DNA from: Callorhinchus milii
Lineage: Eukaryota
Direction of reading: 5' to 3'
Assembly (NCBI RefSeq): GCF_018977255.1
Contig: NW_024704743.1
Coordinates: 102,240,001 to 102,304,000 of the forward strand
DNA length: 64,000 bases
The notes under the pieces were generated by a model. The model did no database searches, was not told the origin of the DNA, and was given only the letters and a program-made list of their open reading frames with translations. Numbering within the stretch: position 1 is the first letter of the stretch; each line of letters opens with the position of its first letter. The translations under genes were made by a program, and so were the position numbers. This document shows positions 37,990-51,714 of this stretch, piece after piece.

Positions 37990-38134
37990 AAGTTACCAAA
38001 TTGTATGGTAATTGTATGGTGTGTGACTATCTAAGACTATTCCTTTCAAGTAGGATAACATCTCACAGAGCTTTTCTGGATGGATGAAAACATGAACGCC
38101 TGAGGAGGTATATGAACTTTTATTTAAAAATGAT

Positions 38135-38300
38135 AATTTGGTCACTCAATCCACAACTGTTTGTGGGACACTGCTGTGTGCAACAGGTTGCTGCATTTCA
38201 CCCACAAAATATACAGTCAATTTACTTTATGGTATATTCTGAGAAGAGCTTTGAGACATCTCGAAGATATAAGGTGTTATATCAAATGCAAGGATTATTA
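38135..38300 (+). mobile_element. SINE 3' half
   Basis: ttggtcactcaatccacaactgtttgtgggacactgc...atcaaatgcaaggattatta. Confidence 0.88.
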
Positions 38301-38634
38301 TGTGAAAGTGTAGTCAAAGAAGTTTTTAGCAAGATTTTGAAGGTAGATATGGACCATAGTGTGAGGCAGAGGAAATTTGGGAGGAAGTTTCAGAAAGCCA
38401 ATGCATAGTGTGTGAACGTTTGCCTGCCAGTAAGGGTTGGATCGGAGGACGGAAGTTCTAGGTATGTGCTAATCGCAGGACTTTCACAAAACATGACATG
38501 TGACATATATGGATGCACATGAGAGAGAAGGGAATAGATGGAAATGGGACAGGGAATACAGAATGGGATTTGGAAGGCTCATTTGGAGTATGAACAGCAG
38601 TAGAGACTGGTTGGGCCAAATGGCCTGTTTACAT

Positions 38635-38886
38635 GATGACCAATTTATTATTTTTTTTATCTTGAGGGCTTATTATCAGGCGTGTGGAGTAAAGGAAACT
38701 GCCCAAGGTTCCACTCTGCTGGGAATCGAACCCAGGCCTCTTGCTCACAAAGCAAGTTCTCCAACCACTGAGCTATAGGACTCCACAATATATACAGTCA
38801 ATTCACTTTACAGTATATTCTGTGAAGCGCTTTGAGACATCTCAAAGATGTGATAAGGCGTTATATCAAATACAAGGATTATTATC
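38635..38886. mobile_element. SINE with inverted 5' half (minus 38635-38786, plus 38787-38886)
   Basis: The reverse-strand head ends ggactcca and runs directly into the plus-strand tail caatatatacagtcaattcactttacag. Confidence 0.85.
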
Positions 38887-39764
38887 ATGATGGCATCTGT
38901 CTTCTCAACCAACTAAATTTCTGACAAGAAAATTGTGAAACAAACACCTGGCCACAGAATGACTGTTGTTGGCTTTTGGGATTGGAATTTTTCCTGATTT
39001 TTATTATAATTTTGAAAACATACTCCATAATTTAATTTGCAAACTTCAATCATTGCTATAACATTGGGTAACTTTGGAGATATTCCATTTGTGATATCTA
39101 AAGTAGATTTAAAACGGGGAATAAAAAGATCTCTTAGCTTTGATTTGGAAAGTAATGGTGAACAGTCCCAACAGAGACTGTCATCACTAATATCACTACA
39201 TTGAACACCAACCGGAAATTCCCCACTCGTTTCTGAACAGGATTGGGCTCAAATGTTACCACTCTCTCTTTCCCTGAAAAGTAAGATATGAATATTATGG
39301 TTGAACCATCATGATTATTCTTTTTATTCTGCATGTGAGTTGACATAACTCTTGATCATGGCTATAATACAAAAGCCATTTTATGTCTCATCAAAAAAAG
39401 TAGCAGGCCCTTGCTACTTCACAGGTGTCAATCATCAATTGTCTTGCACATCCAAAACTTATGAAATTAGTTAAATCTAAAATTAAGTATATATTTCAAA
39501 TGAACAAATTCTGCACATTTTCTGGAAGTTAATACAATACTCCTTTGCACTGAAACATAGAGTTTAGGTTGCAATTGATTTTAAATCCTTTTGTAATGTC
39601 TGGATTTTTGGTTGTACTTTTATATTCATGAGAATATATTCATGAATATATAATGTTTTTTTTAAAAAAAGTTAACTTATGCAATAGACTGTCTGCTTCA
39701 AAAAAAAATTCAGAGCATCACTCATTTCAGTCCAAGCACCAATGTTTGTTTAGTTAATTAGGGT

Positions 39765-40265
39765 GTTAGCCTGTCTCGATTGGTAGCCCTCTCACTTCTG
39801 AATCAGAAGACTGGTTGAAGGCCCACTTTGGGACTTGTATGTCGCAGTCCAGACTGACTGACACTCGTATACAGTGTTGAGGGAATGCTGTATTGCTGGA
39901 AATGCCATCCTTTAGATGAGATGTTAAATTGAGTTCCTGTTTGTCTATTCAGTTGGACATCAACAACTTTGTGGAAGTATTTGAAAAGAGACGGGTATCT
40001 GTCCCAGTATCCTGGTCAATAGTTCACTAAATACAATTGATCATTCATTCATACCTCTTTATGAGACATTGCTCTATGCAAATTGTCTGCTGTGTTTACA
40101 ACATCACCACCACCAACAACAAATTACATTTGTCTAGCGCATTTCACATCAGGAGGACATCCCAAGGTGCTGGACGTATAAAAGGCAGTCACTACATGGT
40201 GTAGTAAATTATATGAAGTGCTTTGAGATGTCCTGCCTATGTGAAAGGCCCTTATTATAATTATT
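39765..40265 (+). mobile_element. Old Deu-domain SINE, near full length, with a reverse L2 tail at ~40105-40175
   Basis: Head ttggtagccctctcacttctgaatcagaag; core gatgagatgttaaattgagttcc; tail gtgctttgagatgtcc...gtgaaaggc. Confidence 0.82.
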
Positions 40266-40819
40266 TATATTTTGCTACGAACCGCTTTTTTTTAGTTGAA
40301 CTAAATCATTGACCTGACCTACACCAAACTGACAGCTTTGGGATCTTTGAAAATTTATCTGAAGATTTCTATGTCATTTTAACATTGATCTATATATCTA
40401 AATAATGGTCAAGTTGCTCCTGCAGATAAATGTTATCTATATGGACAACGTCAAACTTGTTTCAAGGTTAATGTCACAATGAAATTAATTTACTGGAGCA
40501 TTACATTTGGATGGAAAGACATTACTCAGTATATATGTATTGAGAGAAGCAAGGCCACAGTAATAATTTTGTCATATGACAGAAATGTTAGATAAGGCAG
40601 CACATTTTGAACAGATAAAAAATAATAATAATCCTTGCATTTGATATAGTGTCTTTCAGGTTGGGAGGATCTCTCAAAGTGCCTCGCAGGATTTACTATA
40701 AAGTGATGTGATTGTATTTTGCGTGTGAATAATTTCACAATTTCTCCTTTTTATTTAAGTGCTTTGAGATGCTTCACCACAGGAAGGGCGTTAAATAAAT
40801 AAATATATATATCTTGTTT

Positions 40820-41270
40820 TGAAAACCCCATAACCAAACTTGAGAGAAGCTACCCAAACTAAGATTTCCACGTATGTATACTACCTTCACATGAAATTTT
40901 CCCTGTGTTTGGAATGGAATATTCATTCTATCCCTGGAGGGACACACACTACTTGCCTAAATCTAGATAGTATTAGTTGCAGGTTGAGAGCTAAGACATT
41001 GGGATACCAGAGTGCATGTTTGGATACAACTGGAGCTTAACCAGCTAATATTATATGGTATGTCACAATCTGGCAAGCTTCCTGTAGCATGTCCAGCTAG
41101 GACCACTTTGTCCACTGGAGCTTTGATTTTCAGGATTAGCAGGAACTAAGAGAATAATCCCTGCTTCTAGTCTGCTTCTCCAAATTCTATCTGGCAGGTT
41201 GACCGATCTGTCGTCAGCAGTGCCCTGGAGTACCATGGACCTGTCTGGCTCAGGAACCAAACTACTGGCT
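40820..41270 (-). repeat. Unclassified A-tailed repeat copy
   Basis: ttggaatggaatattcattctatccctggagggacacac, ccagctaa and gtcagcagtgccctggagta motifs. Confidence 0.8.
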
Positions 41271-42289
41271 CACGATACAATACTGAGCATATCCTTAAAT
41301 CATAATTGGGTCATGGTTTGCACAATAAAACTGTTACCATTCACATGCCAGAACATATTTTCACTACTTGTATTATTAAAAGGAAATGAGGTGTGCAAAA
41401 CATGAATTCTTCATTATTAAGAAAAAATAATATTCTACAAATATGTTATTTTATGGTAGCACTAATTCTCTTTAACACAGGCTCTAGAGCAATGCCAGTG
41501 GCATTATATACTAGATATTATCAATCATTACTTGCATAGCAGTTACAGAATGAGTGAAGCTTGTTGAATAAAGTATAATTCTTCCATCAGTTGAAGAGCA
41601 TTTCATGATTTTTGGAGTAGGTGCTATAAATTCTTAATCAAAGTATTACCACAGGCTAACCAATGACAACGTCTTTCTGCTGAAATAAAAAAGTTGCTGA
41701 AACTACTTTCTCCCTCAAACACTGAAATCCATGCAGTTATTCTTTAAAGGGTGATAAAGTTTGGCAAATAGACCAGAAAATAATCGAATGTTCTTGTTCA
41801 CCAAGGTCTGTAAATTTACCAACGTTCTAAGAACCATCTCTGCTTCATTATCAGACTTTTCCATAAGGATGGAAAATCTAAGAAATGGGAAATTGATTGG
41901 AACATTCCTGATGTTATCATTAATCTTTGATATAATACTGCCTCAAGGCTGCCCATTCTGAATATTAAATTGGTGCATGGTACTTGCACCATATCAGATT
42001 TTTGAGGTACAATTTGTGGTGGTTCTTAACATCTTCATTGTGTCAATTACCACTAATTCTCTCCTCCTCCTAACTTGCTTAGTGTCAGTGGTATTTACTC
42101 GAGACTTGCCTGCACTCAGCACACTGCTCCAATTCCCATACAGCCACTCCTTTGATCTGCTAGCTACTTGCTGACTTTTTTAAAAAACAAAGGAAACTGT
42201 CACAGAAACCTTGAATCCACACTCCAATGGCTTACATCAATTTCCTGATAAGTAGATCATTGGAACACAGTAGTAACTCTGATTCATAT

Positions 42290-42640
42290 TGTCTAGACTG
42301 ACACTCCAATATAGTGTTGGGAGTCTGTTGCATTGTCAGAGGTCAGTCCTTCAGGTAAAGATGTTAAACTGAGATTGCACTTGCCTGTTTATATAAACGT
42401 TAAAGATCCTATGGCTACCATTAGAAAAGTCAAAGGAGTTTCTTCCAGTGATCTGGCCAACAATCCTCAGATAAAATTTATTATTCACTTAATTGCTGTT
42501 TGTGGACCATTGCTGTGTGCAAATTGGCTGCTGTATTTGCTTCGAAAATATACACTCAGCACACTTTACAGTATATTCTGTGAAGAGCTTTGAGGCTTCC
42601 TCCCGATGGGAATAGTGCTACACCAAATTTAATATTATTA
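42290..42640 (+). mobile_element. Old Deu-domain SINE
   Basis: ttaaagatcctatggc...ctggccaaca...gctgtttgtggaccattgctgtgtgcaaattggctgc. Confidence 0.82.
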
Positions 42641-43074
42641 ATAAAGAATGATGTTCTATTTATTATTTTATTAATAAAGAAGGGCAATCCTCTTCTAAAG
42701 TTTCAAAATCTTTTTTCAATCTTTCTTTGTCGTATTAATTTGTAATGTTGCATCTTCAACTTCAATTTGTATTGTTTTATTCCATTGCTTCAGTAACTAA
42801 CTCAATAGTAAGTATTGAGTTTGAACTCTTAGCAGTTTTCATTTCTGTTTTCTTTAAAAAAAAACTTTCATTCTCTCATTTAGGTGTCAAAATGGAACAA
42901 TAAAATACAAAGAATACAGTTTCATCAGTGTACAGCATTCTAACTGGCTGTATATTGTACCTTGTCTTGTTAAAGCTGGGCATTTGATTATTTTTTCTTT
43001 GGAGATATTGACTCAGAATCTAAGGTTGCACTGAATTATTTATGCAGGAATTATATATCGCCAAATTCCACTAG

Positions 43075-43495
43075 CCAACACTCCAGTCCTTGCCAAACTA
43101 CATTGTCAGAGCAGAACAACTTCAAGATCCTCCCTCTAGTGTTTAAATCCCTCCATTCTTTGGCACTGCCCTATCTCTCTACCCTCCTCACTACCCACAG
43201 CAGTACCCGCTGCTTCCACTCCACTGGGTCCGGCCTCCTCCGTATTCTCCGAATCCTCCACTCCACCATCGGCGGCCGTGCCTTCAGCCACTATGCCCTG
43301 AAACTCCTTCCCTCAACCCCTTCACCTCATCCCCTCCTACCCCATCTGCAGGTCGCGCCTGAAGACCTTCCTCTTCTACCGCGCCTACTGTCACCTTCCC
43401 CTTCCCCCTGGCTCGGCCTCGGGCTCCACCATTCTTAAGCACTCTGAGATGCTACCCAGCTTGGAGGGCGCTATATAAATTCAAGTTGTTGTTGT
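43075..43495 (+). mobile_element. L2 LINE 3' fragment
   Basis: FKILPLVFKSLH...IGGRAFSHYA; tail gggcgctatataaattcaagttgttgttg. Confidence 0.93.
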
Positions 43496-43942
43496 ATATT
43501 GATGTTGAATATGCCGTTTGCAAACTGCACTAACAGTGAATTCCAATTGAAACACTGAAATTGTGGGATTTTCTATGAATGTAAAACTAATTGAGCTGGG
43601 GGTGGGGAGGGTGGAAAAAGATCCTGAATGTTAATAAAGGAATTGTTGTTGCCGATAATCAGCTCTTAGACTTTTGGTACACCTTTCGAGCCTTTTTCTC
43701 AGCTGAAAAAGAGCCCAGACGCAAAACACCAGCAGGGATCGCAGCCTGGATGCAAATCCTGCATGTACCCTGAGGCCAATCTACTGGAATTTTGCTCAGA
43801 TGCCATTGATGCCAATCTTTGTCAGATACAAGGAGCCAAATTTGGTTGCAATCTAGCTGCACTGGAGTCAGAATGGAGATCAGAAACAAAGCAGAGCTCC
43901 AGAGATGCAAATGATATTCCTTGGATTTGATATAGCACATAC

Positions 43943-44255
43943 TGGAGTCCTGTCGCTTAGTGGTTAGAGGACCTGGGTTTGATTCCCAACAGGACAAAAG
44001 GTTGGGCAAGTTTCCTTACACCACAAGCCTCTGTTTACCTAGCAGGAAGTAGCAACACGGTGGTTAGTCAATTGGCCGATTGCTTTTCCGGGGTAATAAT
44101 CTCTTAAAAAATAATTTGGTCACTCAATCCATGACTGTTTGTGGGACACTGCTGTTGCAATTGGCTGCCACATTTCACCCACATAATACAGTCAGTTCAC
44201 TTTACAATATATTCTGTGAAGTACTGTGAGACATATCAATTACAAGGATTATTAT
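43943..44255 (+). mobile_element. tRNA-derived SINE, long variant, nested in an older reverse SINE tail
   Basis: Head tggagtcctgtcgcttagtgg; central gcctctgtttacctagcag; host tail at 43912-43938 and from 44258. Confidence 0.88.
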
Positions 44256-46189
44256 CCAAGCACCTTTTGCATCAACAGGATATCTCAAAGTGCTTCACAG
44301 GTATTCATAACCATGACACAAGGAGAAACTCCCTTCTCTTTTTCAATTTTGCCTTGGGGTCAATAATGTCCATTTAAACAGAAAGACCTTGATTTAGTAT
44401 TTCATCTCAAAGATCGCCCCTCTAATAACCATATGAGTTCCGATGTGGGGCTTGAACCTACAATCTTCTCACACAGAGGCAAGAATGCTATCAACTGAGC
44501 CAAGCTAACAACTCGGGCATATTCAGAAGAAGTAAATGTGAGATTCAATAGTTACTAATTCTGTAAATATAAAACACCTGGTGCAAAGTCAAGTAATACT
44601 CCTGTAAGAACACTGGATCTCAGCCCTGCAACAGCTATCTGGTGAAGATTGAATAAATCTTGAGGGAAATGAGAGGTGGTTAATATAATGAAACAAACCG
44701 ATGAACAAATAAACAAACAGAAAAATATTTTTCGAAAGTGGGACAGATAGAGCCTTTTGAAGTGCCATGGGCAAGAGCAGAAACTTTATTCTAACTGGCA
44801 GCATGTGTACCAGGTATATGTGGAGAAGAAGGGAAAACAGATCTATGTGTGACAGTGACAGTGAAGTAAGAGGGCAGGCAAATGCTCTGCTGGTTACCAA
44901 ACAGTCTACTCTATCTCTTACAAATTCAATTGAACACTGCATGCAACATGCCTAATAAGCATTTTTTTCTCATGAAGCAGAATGATGCAGTGGATTTCAT
45001 TTCATGTTTTAACAGGAGAATAATTTGATGCACAGTCAATATTGTTGCCTGAAGGAGCAGAATGCTTCCCACTGGGTTAAGTAAGTCTGGCTGCTTTGTG
45101 CTCTTGGCAAACATCCAGCTGACAATCTGTTTCATGTTTTTGTCAGGCAGCTGTAGTAAACAAAACAAATACAGAGTAAACCAAAAAAGGGTTCATTATT
45201 AGTCTCAATGTCAATATCAGGCAGATTCCACAAACTTGCTGGTTGAATGGGCAGGATGCTATATTAGTGATGGGTATAACTGTAAAGAAAGGTAGGTACA
45301 ATAGGACAAGATTAATATTTTTTCATTCTTCTAGCTTCTCTTTGCTCATGGAACTACATAACTGGAAAAAAGGTGGGCGAGGGAGATCAAATGATTTGTG
45401 ACATGTCATGGTCCATCATGAGCAATTGGTTAGAGCTAATTCATAAATCGTCGTATGTTAATTCAAGCATGTAACAGTGCTTCAAGGACTCACCAGTTAA
45501 TGCTAGCCAGATTATGAAGGTCTTGATATAATTGAACTCATTGAATATGAGTGCTCCTCTCCTGTTAAGACCTAAGTTAATAGGCAATATTTAGCATGAA
45601 ATGCATCATTTTTTTTGTAAGAGAACTTACACAAAGTTTGAATGCAGACTAATGTATCATGAAATACGCTAACAGAACTATGATTGAATTGGGAGATGTC
45701 CACTAGTGCCAAGATGTACCTCTCTGATTGTGTTTTCAGTCATCTTTCTCTGGTGTCCAGTCAGCGCAGTATCAAGCACTTTGGGACTTTCTATGCATGT
45801 GAAAGGTGTAATAAAAATATGAATTTCTATTGTATAAAGTCCTCTAAAATTTGGAGGGAGGGAAGTGTTGAAATGTCCATGGCTTCCTAGCATCCATGGA
45901 ACTCATCGCAACAGAATATGAACTTTTTTTAGAAGAAGATCATCATCTGCCTAAGGTAGGCAAAACTTTGGAGAGTCTTAATGCTTTATTTTGCTTATTT
46001 GGATTGAATAATGGCCCAGAGACACCAAGCAATTTCACTTTTCTTCTGGGAATAATAATAATAATCTTAATCTTATCAATACAATTTCCATAGCACCTTT
46101 CACATCTGACGACTACTGCAAGCTCTGACACAGAGGTAAGGATTCTTCCAGTAACAACAATAACAACTTGCATTTATATTTATATCTAT

Positions 46190-46469
46190 GTCTCCCGCCC
46201 AACCCACCCTAACATCGGTGGCCAGGCTTTCAGCCTCGCTGCTCCCATCCTTTGGAATGCCATTCCACAATCCCTTCGCCTTGCTCTTTCCCTTCAAGGC
46301 ATGAGTCAAAACCCTCCTTTTCGACTGGCTCCCCTCCTAAATCTCCGCCCTCCCTTATCCCTACACTGCCCCCCACGCTCTGGTCCTGATTCCTGATCCC
46401 TGACTGTTCAGCGCATTGGGACATCCTCTTGACGTAAAAGGCGCTTTACAAGTGTAATTTTGTTGTTGT
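46190..46469 (+). mobile_element. L2 LINE 3' end nested in an older reverse L2 tail
   Basis: atcggtggccaggctttcagcc...gcgcattgggacatcc...ggcgctttacaagtgtaattttgttgttg. Confidence 0.9.
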
Positions 46470-46974
46470 ATATAGTGTCCTTCACGCGGGGTAGGGTCAC
46501 AGAATGCTACTAACTGAGACACATTGACAGTAACATTGTTTCAAATTACAAATCTGTGAAGGGCGAGTATGTTTTAAGCAGTCTTGTGGGGGAGAAATTA
46601 ATTGGCTAAATTTTATGATTATTTCTTAGTAGAATAGAGTGAACCATGTCATACATTTAAGACCATGAGAAATTTCAGGATTCCTCTCTCCGCACATATG
46701 AAGCAACGAGGAAGCATGGGTCCATATCCCTTATTGCTCACACGGCTCGCTCATGAATTGTGCAACACAACATGCCTTTTTATAATTTTCTTCATCTTTA
46801 ATAGTTTTGTAATTGTGTGCAGTGAAACAAAAACTAAGCATTAGTAAGTGTAAATTGACCTGATCAATCTTTATTCTGTGTGAGAAACCACAAAACCAGA
46901 AAAGTCGATCTTCCTTTTAAGTAGCTTTTCTTGGAAACAGGATGTTACTTTCCAATTATATTCCACATACACAT

Positions 46975-47310
46975 GGAAGGATACCTACCTTGATCTCTCT
47001 GCCTGTGCCCTTCATTCCAGGATCACTGCTGTTCTGACCGATAGTCTGTCATTCATCATGTCCTGGAAGAGTTCTAACTTCCTACAGCTCAATGTAAACA
47101 GGAATGAAGCTCTCCTGCTTGGCTCCTATCAGTGCCTTCTCACTTCAGACTCTTCTTATTGATCTGCATAAATGCTCACTCTACTGCATGGAACCTCAGT
47201 TACTTGTTTGACCCCTAACTTTCCTTCAAATCTTACATTTGGACTCTCTCTCTCACTGCCTTCTCTCACTTCTGCAACATCAAATACCTCTGCGACGACT
47301 TCCCTCCCTA
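46975..47310 (+). mobile_element. Old L2 RT fragment
   Basis: tccaggatcactgctgttctgacc...aacttcctacagctcaatgtaaacaggaatgaagc...tttgacccctaactttcc. Confidence 0.8.
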
Positions 47311-48314
47311 GCTGCTGCTAATAATGATGATAAATAATGATCAGTAATGAGACGTAACATTTTTTAAGATTTTGTTTGCACAGTGCATTAAACCAAACTT
47401 TCATTCGAATTACATATGGCAGTTAAATTGCAATTACTTTTGTGTCTCAGTCATGACAAATGGAGTTCGAGACTTCATTATATTTCTTCTCGGGCACATT
47501 TACTCCAGGTTTCCTCTTCTACTTCCTTTTTGACCAGTACATTTAATCTGCTTCGCAACATGGCAATCTCTGTCTTATCCGTTCTCCTTTGAGATAATTC
47601 CAGCAAAACGATCACCAGCGACAAAGCTAAAATCCCTCTCAATCAATTTTTTTTCAAGTGAGTTGATATTTTACTACACCCATCACCGTTCTTTACTTAT
47701 TTCTTGCTAAGAATGGCTGTCAATGAATCTCACCTAATTCAGAGGCTCCCTAAAATTTATGCAATGCTCAATTTACACAGAGTGCCATTAATCTTTTGAC
47801 CATGGTTCAAATATCTTGCACCTTGTTAATGTCTTGTCAAAGCTATCTTCCTTGACTATTCTGAATTCAACTGGCAGCACCTGGTATTACTCGGCTATGG
47901 GAGACAGAAGCCTTTCATTACTGAGCTAAATTCAAAGTTAGCTCCTAAAAGTGAAAGGGCAGTTATCTAATCCTTTAAACCAGTTAGTCTTAGTTCAATA
48001 CATTTTTGGAGTTTGTGTCAAGCCTGACTGTCTTCCCTAATCAGGCCGCCTGGATATTTAATGTATTTTTTTCCATACAATGCAAGCACCATTTACTGAT
48101 AACAAATACAATTGGACTGAAAATGGAAAAAAGCCAACTCTCACAGTTTTAGTTGAAATAGCTTCTTAAGCAATCTTTTCTATTTAGATGGGCTACATCT
48201 AGCTGTAATTGAAATGTCTCAAGCATTTGTAGTGATATCATTTCACTCTCAAAAGTAAGGGCAATTGAAATGTTTTAGAGGGGCCCATGTTCTTTTAAGA
48301 AACAAGGAGGCAAA

Positions 48315-49045
48315 ATCTACCTCACCGAGACATTACGGAATCTTGGCATCTTCTTTGACCCTCAACTGTCCTTCTACCCCACATTCGTGCCATGACCCAC
48401 TCTGCCTTCCCCACCTCCACAACATTGCTGGGCTCTTTCACTGCATCACCCCTCAGGCTGTCAAAACCCTCATCCACGCATTCATCACATCTATGCTTCA
48501 CTACTCTAACTCCCTGCTTGTCGGCCTTCCCAACTCTTCCCTCCACAAGCTGCAGATCATCCAGAATTTAGCAGCTCATGCCCTCTCCCGCACCAAACTC
48601 TGTGATCCCATCACCCCCACCCTCGCCTGGCTCCACTGACTCCCCAACCCTCAAAGGATAGAGTTAAAAATTCTCATCCTTGCCTTCAAGGCCCTCCAGG
48701 GCCTTGCCCCTCCTACCTCTCTGACCTGCTGTACTCATATTAACCTGTCCGCTTCCTCCACTCAGCAGGCTATGATCTACTCTACGTCCCCTGTCTGGCC
48801 TGCCCCACCATCAGCAGTTGGGCTTTCTGCCTTTCTGCCCCCACCTTATGGAACTCCATCCCATATTCCCTTAACCTCGTTCCCTCCCTTGCTTCCTTCA
48901 AGGCGCATCTCAAAACCCTCCTCATATCCTCCCTGCCCTGCACCCTCCCCGATCTCAACTCGGGTCTAAATCCCTGACTGTCCAGGCCTTTGGGATATCC
49001 TCCCAATGTGAAAGGTGGGAAACAAATGTAATTTTGTATTGTATT
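48315..49045 (+). mobile_element. L2 LINE 3' fragment
   Basis: LIHAFITSMLHYSNSLLVGLP...QIIQNLAAH in ORF 48265-48639; tail at ~48985-49045. Confidence 0.93.
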
Positions 49046-50749
49046 ATTGTGGAATAGTCAATTTGTCTATTTTAAAAGCTGGAAGTACCCCCTTTCATTA
49101 ATATTCCCAACATATTACAACCTCTCATATTTCTTGCACTTACTTTGATTGTGCTCTTCATCCTTAGAGAATCATTCCCTATTAAACCCCCTTACATAAT
49201 GTTCAGCTCTATCCTCAGTGCAGTAAAAAAAGGACAAAAACAATACATGTTTTTATAATAAAACAACATTCACTTCCTTTTCATTATATTTTGTAAGATG
49301 TTTTGAGACATTTTATTTCTTTACTTGAAAAGCACCACATAAATACAAGTTATGATTACCATTGTAATTTTACCAGAATTGCATTAGTTTAAAATATTTC
49401 TGTTGATGATGCCTCATGCCTTGGGATGAACAATGTAAAGAGTTGACAAATTGCTGTAGAAAATTACCCAGTTTTATAAAGCATTCATATTTTCTCCTAA
49501 TTTTAATGCATAATCCCTTTCATTGCCTCCAAGCATCACTCTTCCTGTGGTTGGAGAGGAATATCTAATTGTCTATGGACTTTTCATACTTGCTATAAAA
49601 GCTGCTACCGGGTGAAACAACAATGCAGCTCTACACTGATAATGGACAGGTTGAAAACTGCTCAGATCAGCAATGACTTTCAGTTGAAACAGGACAGACT
49701 TGGTTGCAGTGGGATGCAGCTATAATTCCCCAAAAATGTTAGTTTCAGGCAATTGATTCTCTTTCCATGTCAGCAGCACATCCATGTCCTTTGAGATTTT
49801 TTTGAATGATACAACCTATTTTCTAGGTATTGAGAAGCAATGTTGTTTTGTTATTTCAGATCAGCCACTGTTCTGACAGTTTTAATGCCACATTTTGTTT
49901 TGTATTAACACCAGCCTACACTGAGGAAACGATACAAATTGAAAATTACCACAGGGAACATACACAGAAATAGGTTTGAAGTAAACCAGTTTATTTACTG
50001 ATTAAAATTGACAGAGGTGTGCACATAACCTCATGCCTTGTGTGTACTGTTAGGAGTGAAGCGAGATCGCTCCCAACAGCAGAACAAAGCAGCAACTCCA
50101 AAAAGCTTCTCATTGTATTGCTTGAAGCCTGTTGGCTTATCATTTTTTCAAAGTTGCTAAACACTTAGTCATGGTATCTGGTCTCTTAAAAATGGTTCCT
50201 TAGGATTCGTCGACTGTTCGTTGGAATGCCTAAGACTTTTTAAAGAGCCATTTGGGAACAGAGCTAGAAATGGGATGGTAAAAAGTAAATAGAGAAGAAT
50301 TCTGTCAGACGTACGGAGGCTGCAGAACAAGAAAGCACAGGTTCATCTGAACATTAAATATCCCATGGAACTATTCAAAAAGATAAGGGAAGTCCTCCCG
50401 ATGTCCTGGCCAACAGGCCCCAAATAAAACTGATCATTCACTTCACGGCTACTTATGGGATATTCCTGCACTGGCTACTTTGTTCCCTGCAAAATGCAGT
50501 CATTACACATCACAATAAATCCCATGAACCACTTTGAGGTGCTTTCACAGACTATATAAAATGCAAAGCTGATTATTAAAATGTTTTGTACAGATATTAA
50601 AACACAAATTCCAGAATATTTATAATTTCAACTATTCCATGGATACTATCATACATAGTTCCGACTTTCTCAAAGGGTTATACACAGTATTGAGTTTTTT
50701 GTGTAATCAGCAAATCTGTTGTATGTATCACCTACTCAGTAGTAAAGTA

Positions 50750-51545
50750 ATTCTTTGAATTTCTTCTCATGCTTAAGGTTATTTACTTTGAATCCTATAT
50801 CTCTATTTCTACTCAAGACCTAGATCACTCCTTCCTCAATATGTTTTCAATGAGTCTGTTTCAGTTTGGAGCTCTAAGTCTCAGTATCATCCCTGATTTT
50901 CTCTGAACGCTTTCAAAAGCTTCAATAATAGGAATAATAATCCTTGCGAATGNAAAAAAGATCAAAATGACTCAAAGCACTATGCAGAATTTTACTATAA
51001 AGTGTAGTGACTGTGTAATATTTGTAGGCAAACAGTGAGCATTTGAAGGTAAGGGACAAAAACTACAGTAGTTTAGATGCACTGGTGACCTATACAAGGT
51101 TAGAATAATTTCTGTTGATTTGACTCGTGTAATCAAACATCCTTAATACACAATTTAATATATTAGAGCTGTTTGAAATTGACTTTCTGGCTTCAGCAAA
51201 AGATTGGAAAACACATCCATCTATTTGATGCCCTCATATGTTTACTATTTTTTCTTCCAATATCCATTACCTTGCATTTATCTATATTAATATCCATCTG
51301 CCTGTCTTTGGTCCATCTGTTGATTGATTTAGAATTTCTTATGTGCTGTTGACCCCTCTCATACCATTCAGCTGCACAAGATGAATGGACACAGAACTTC
51401 CCTCGAAAACCTATTTAAACAATTTAAATTTCAGCTAAGACTAATAAATTCAAGCGGTATTCTACATCACATTACCAGTTACATCCTCTTTTGAAATTCA
51501 TTATTTGCTTTGCAAATTAAATTGGCACCAATTTTAATCCTAATT
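50750..51545 (-). mobile_element. Very old CR1 fragment (with a nested SINE tail at ~50930-51035)
   Basis: Reverse-strand CR1-like motifs ccttgcatttatctatattaatatccatctgcc and ctctgaacgctttcaaaagc. Confidence 0.55.
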
Positions 51546-51714
51546 CTTTTGAGACATTTCTGGTTGATGGATGCATAAGTGTACCAAGTGAATGACTGCA
51601 GAGCTGTGCAGAGCAGGCAAGTCACTGCTGAAATTCCTTGTTTGAGCTAAATTAGATTTCAGTTGCATGGTGATGGGACTTTATGATTAGATTTTGTGTT
51701 CGTGTGTATCATGT

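Noticed and set aside
39635..39650. 16-bp perfect palindrome tatattcatgaatata
   Set aside because: Low-complexity AT-rich sequence within a short local duplication; no supporting context.
43769..43861. 93-nt minus-strand exon-like segment with a strong acceptor
   Set aside because: Weak donor, an odd Trp-rich peptide, and attggcctcag...atccag...ctgctgg motifs resembling the old SINE-like remnants near 30660 and 31250.
45016..45080. 65-nt plus-strand exon candidate with a GTAAGT donor
   Set aside because: Peptide unrecognised and not linkable to a consistent chain; cannot be told from chance without transcript data.
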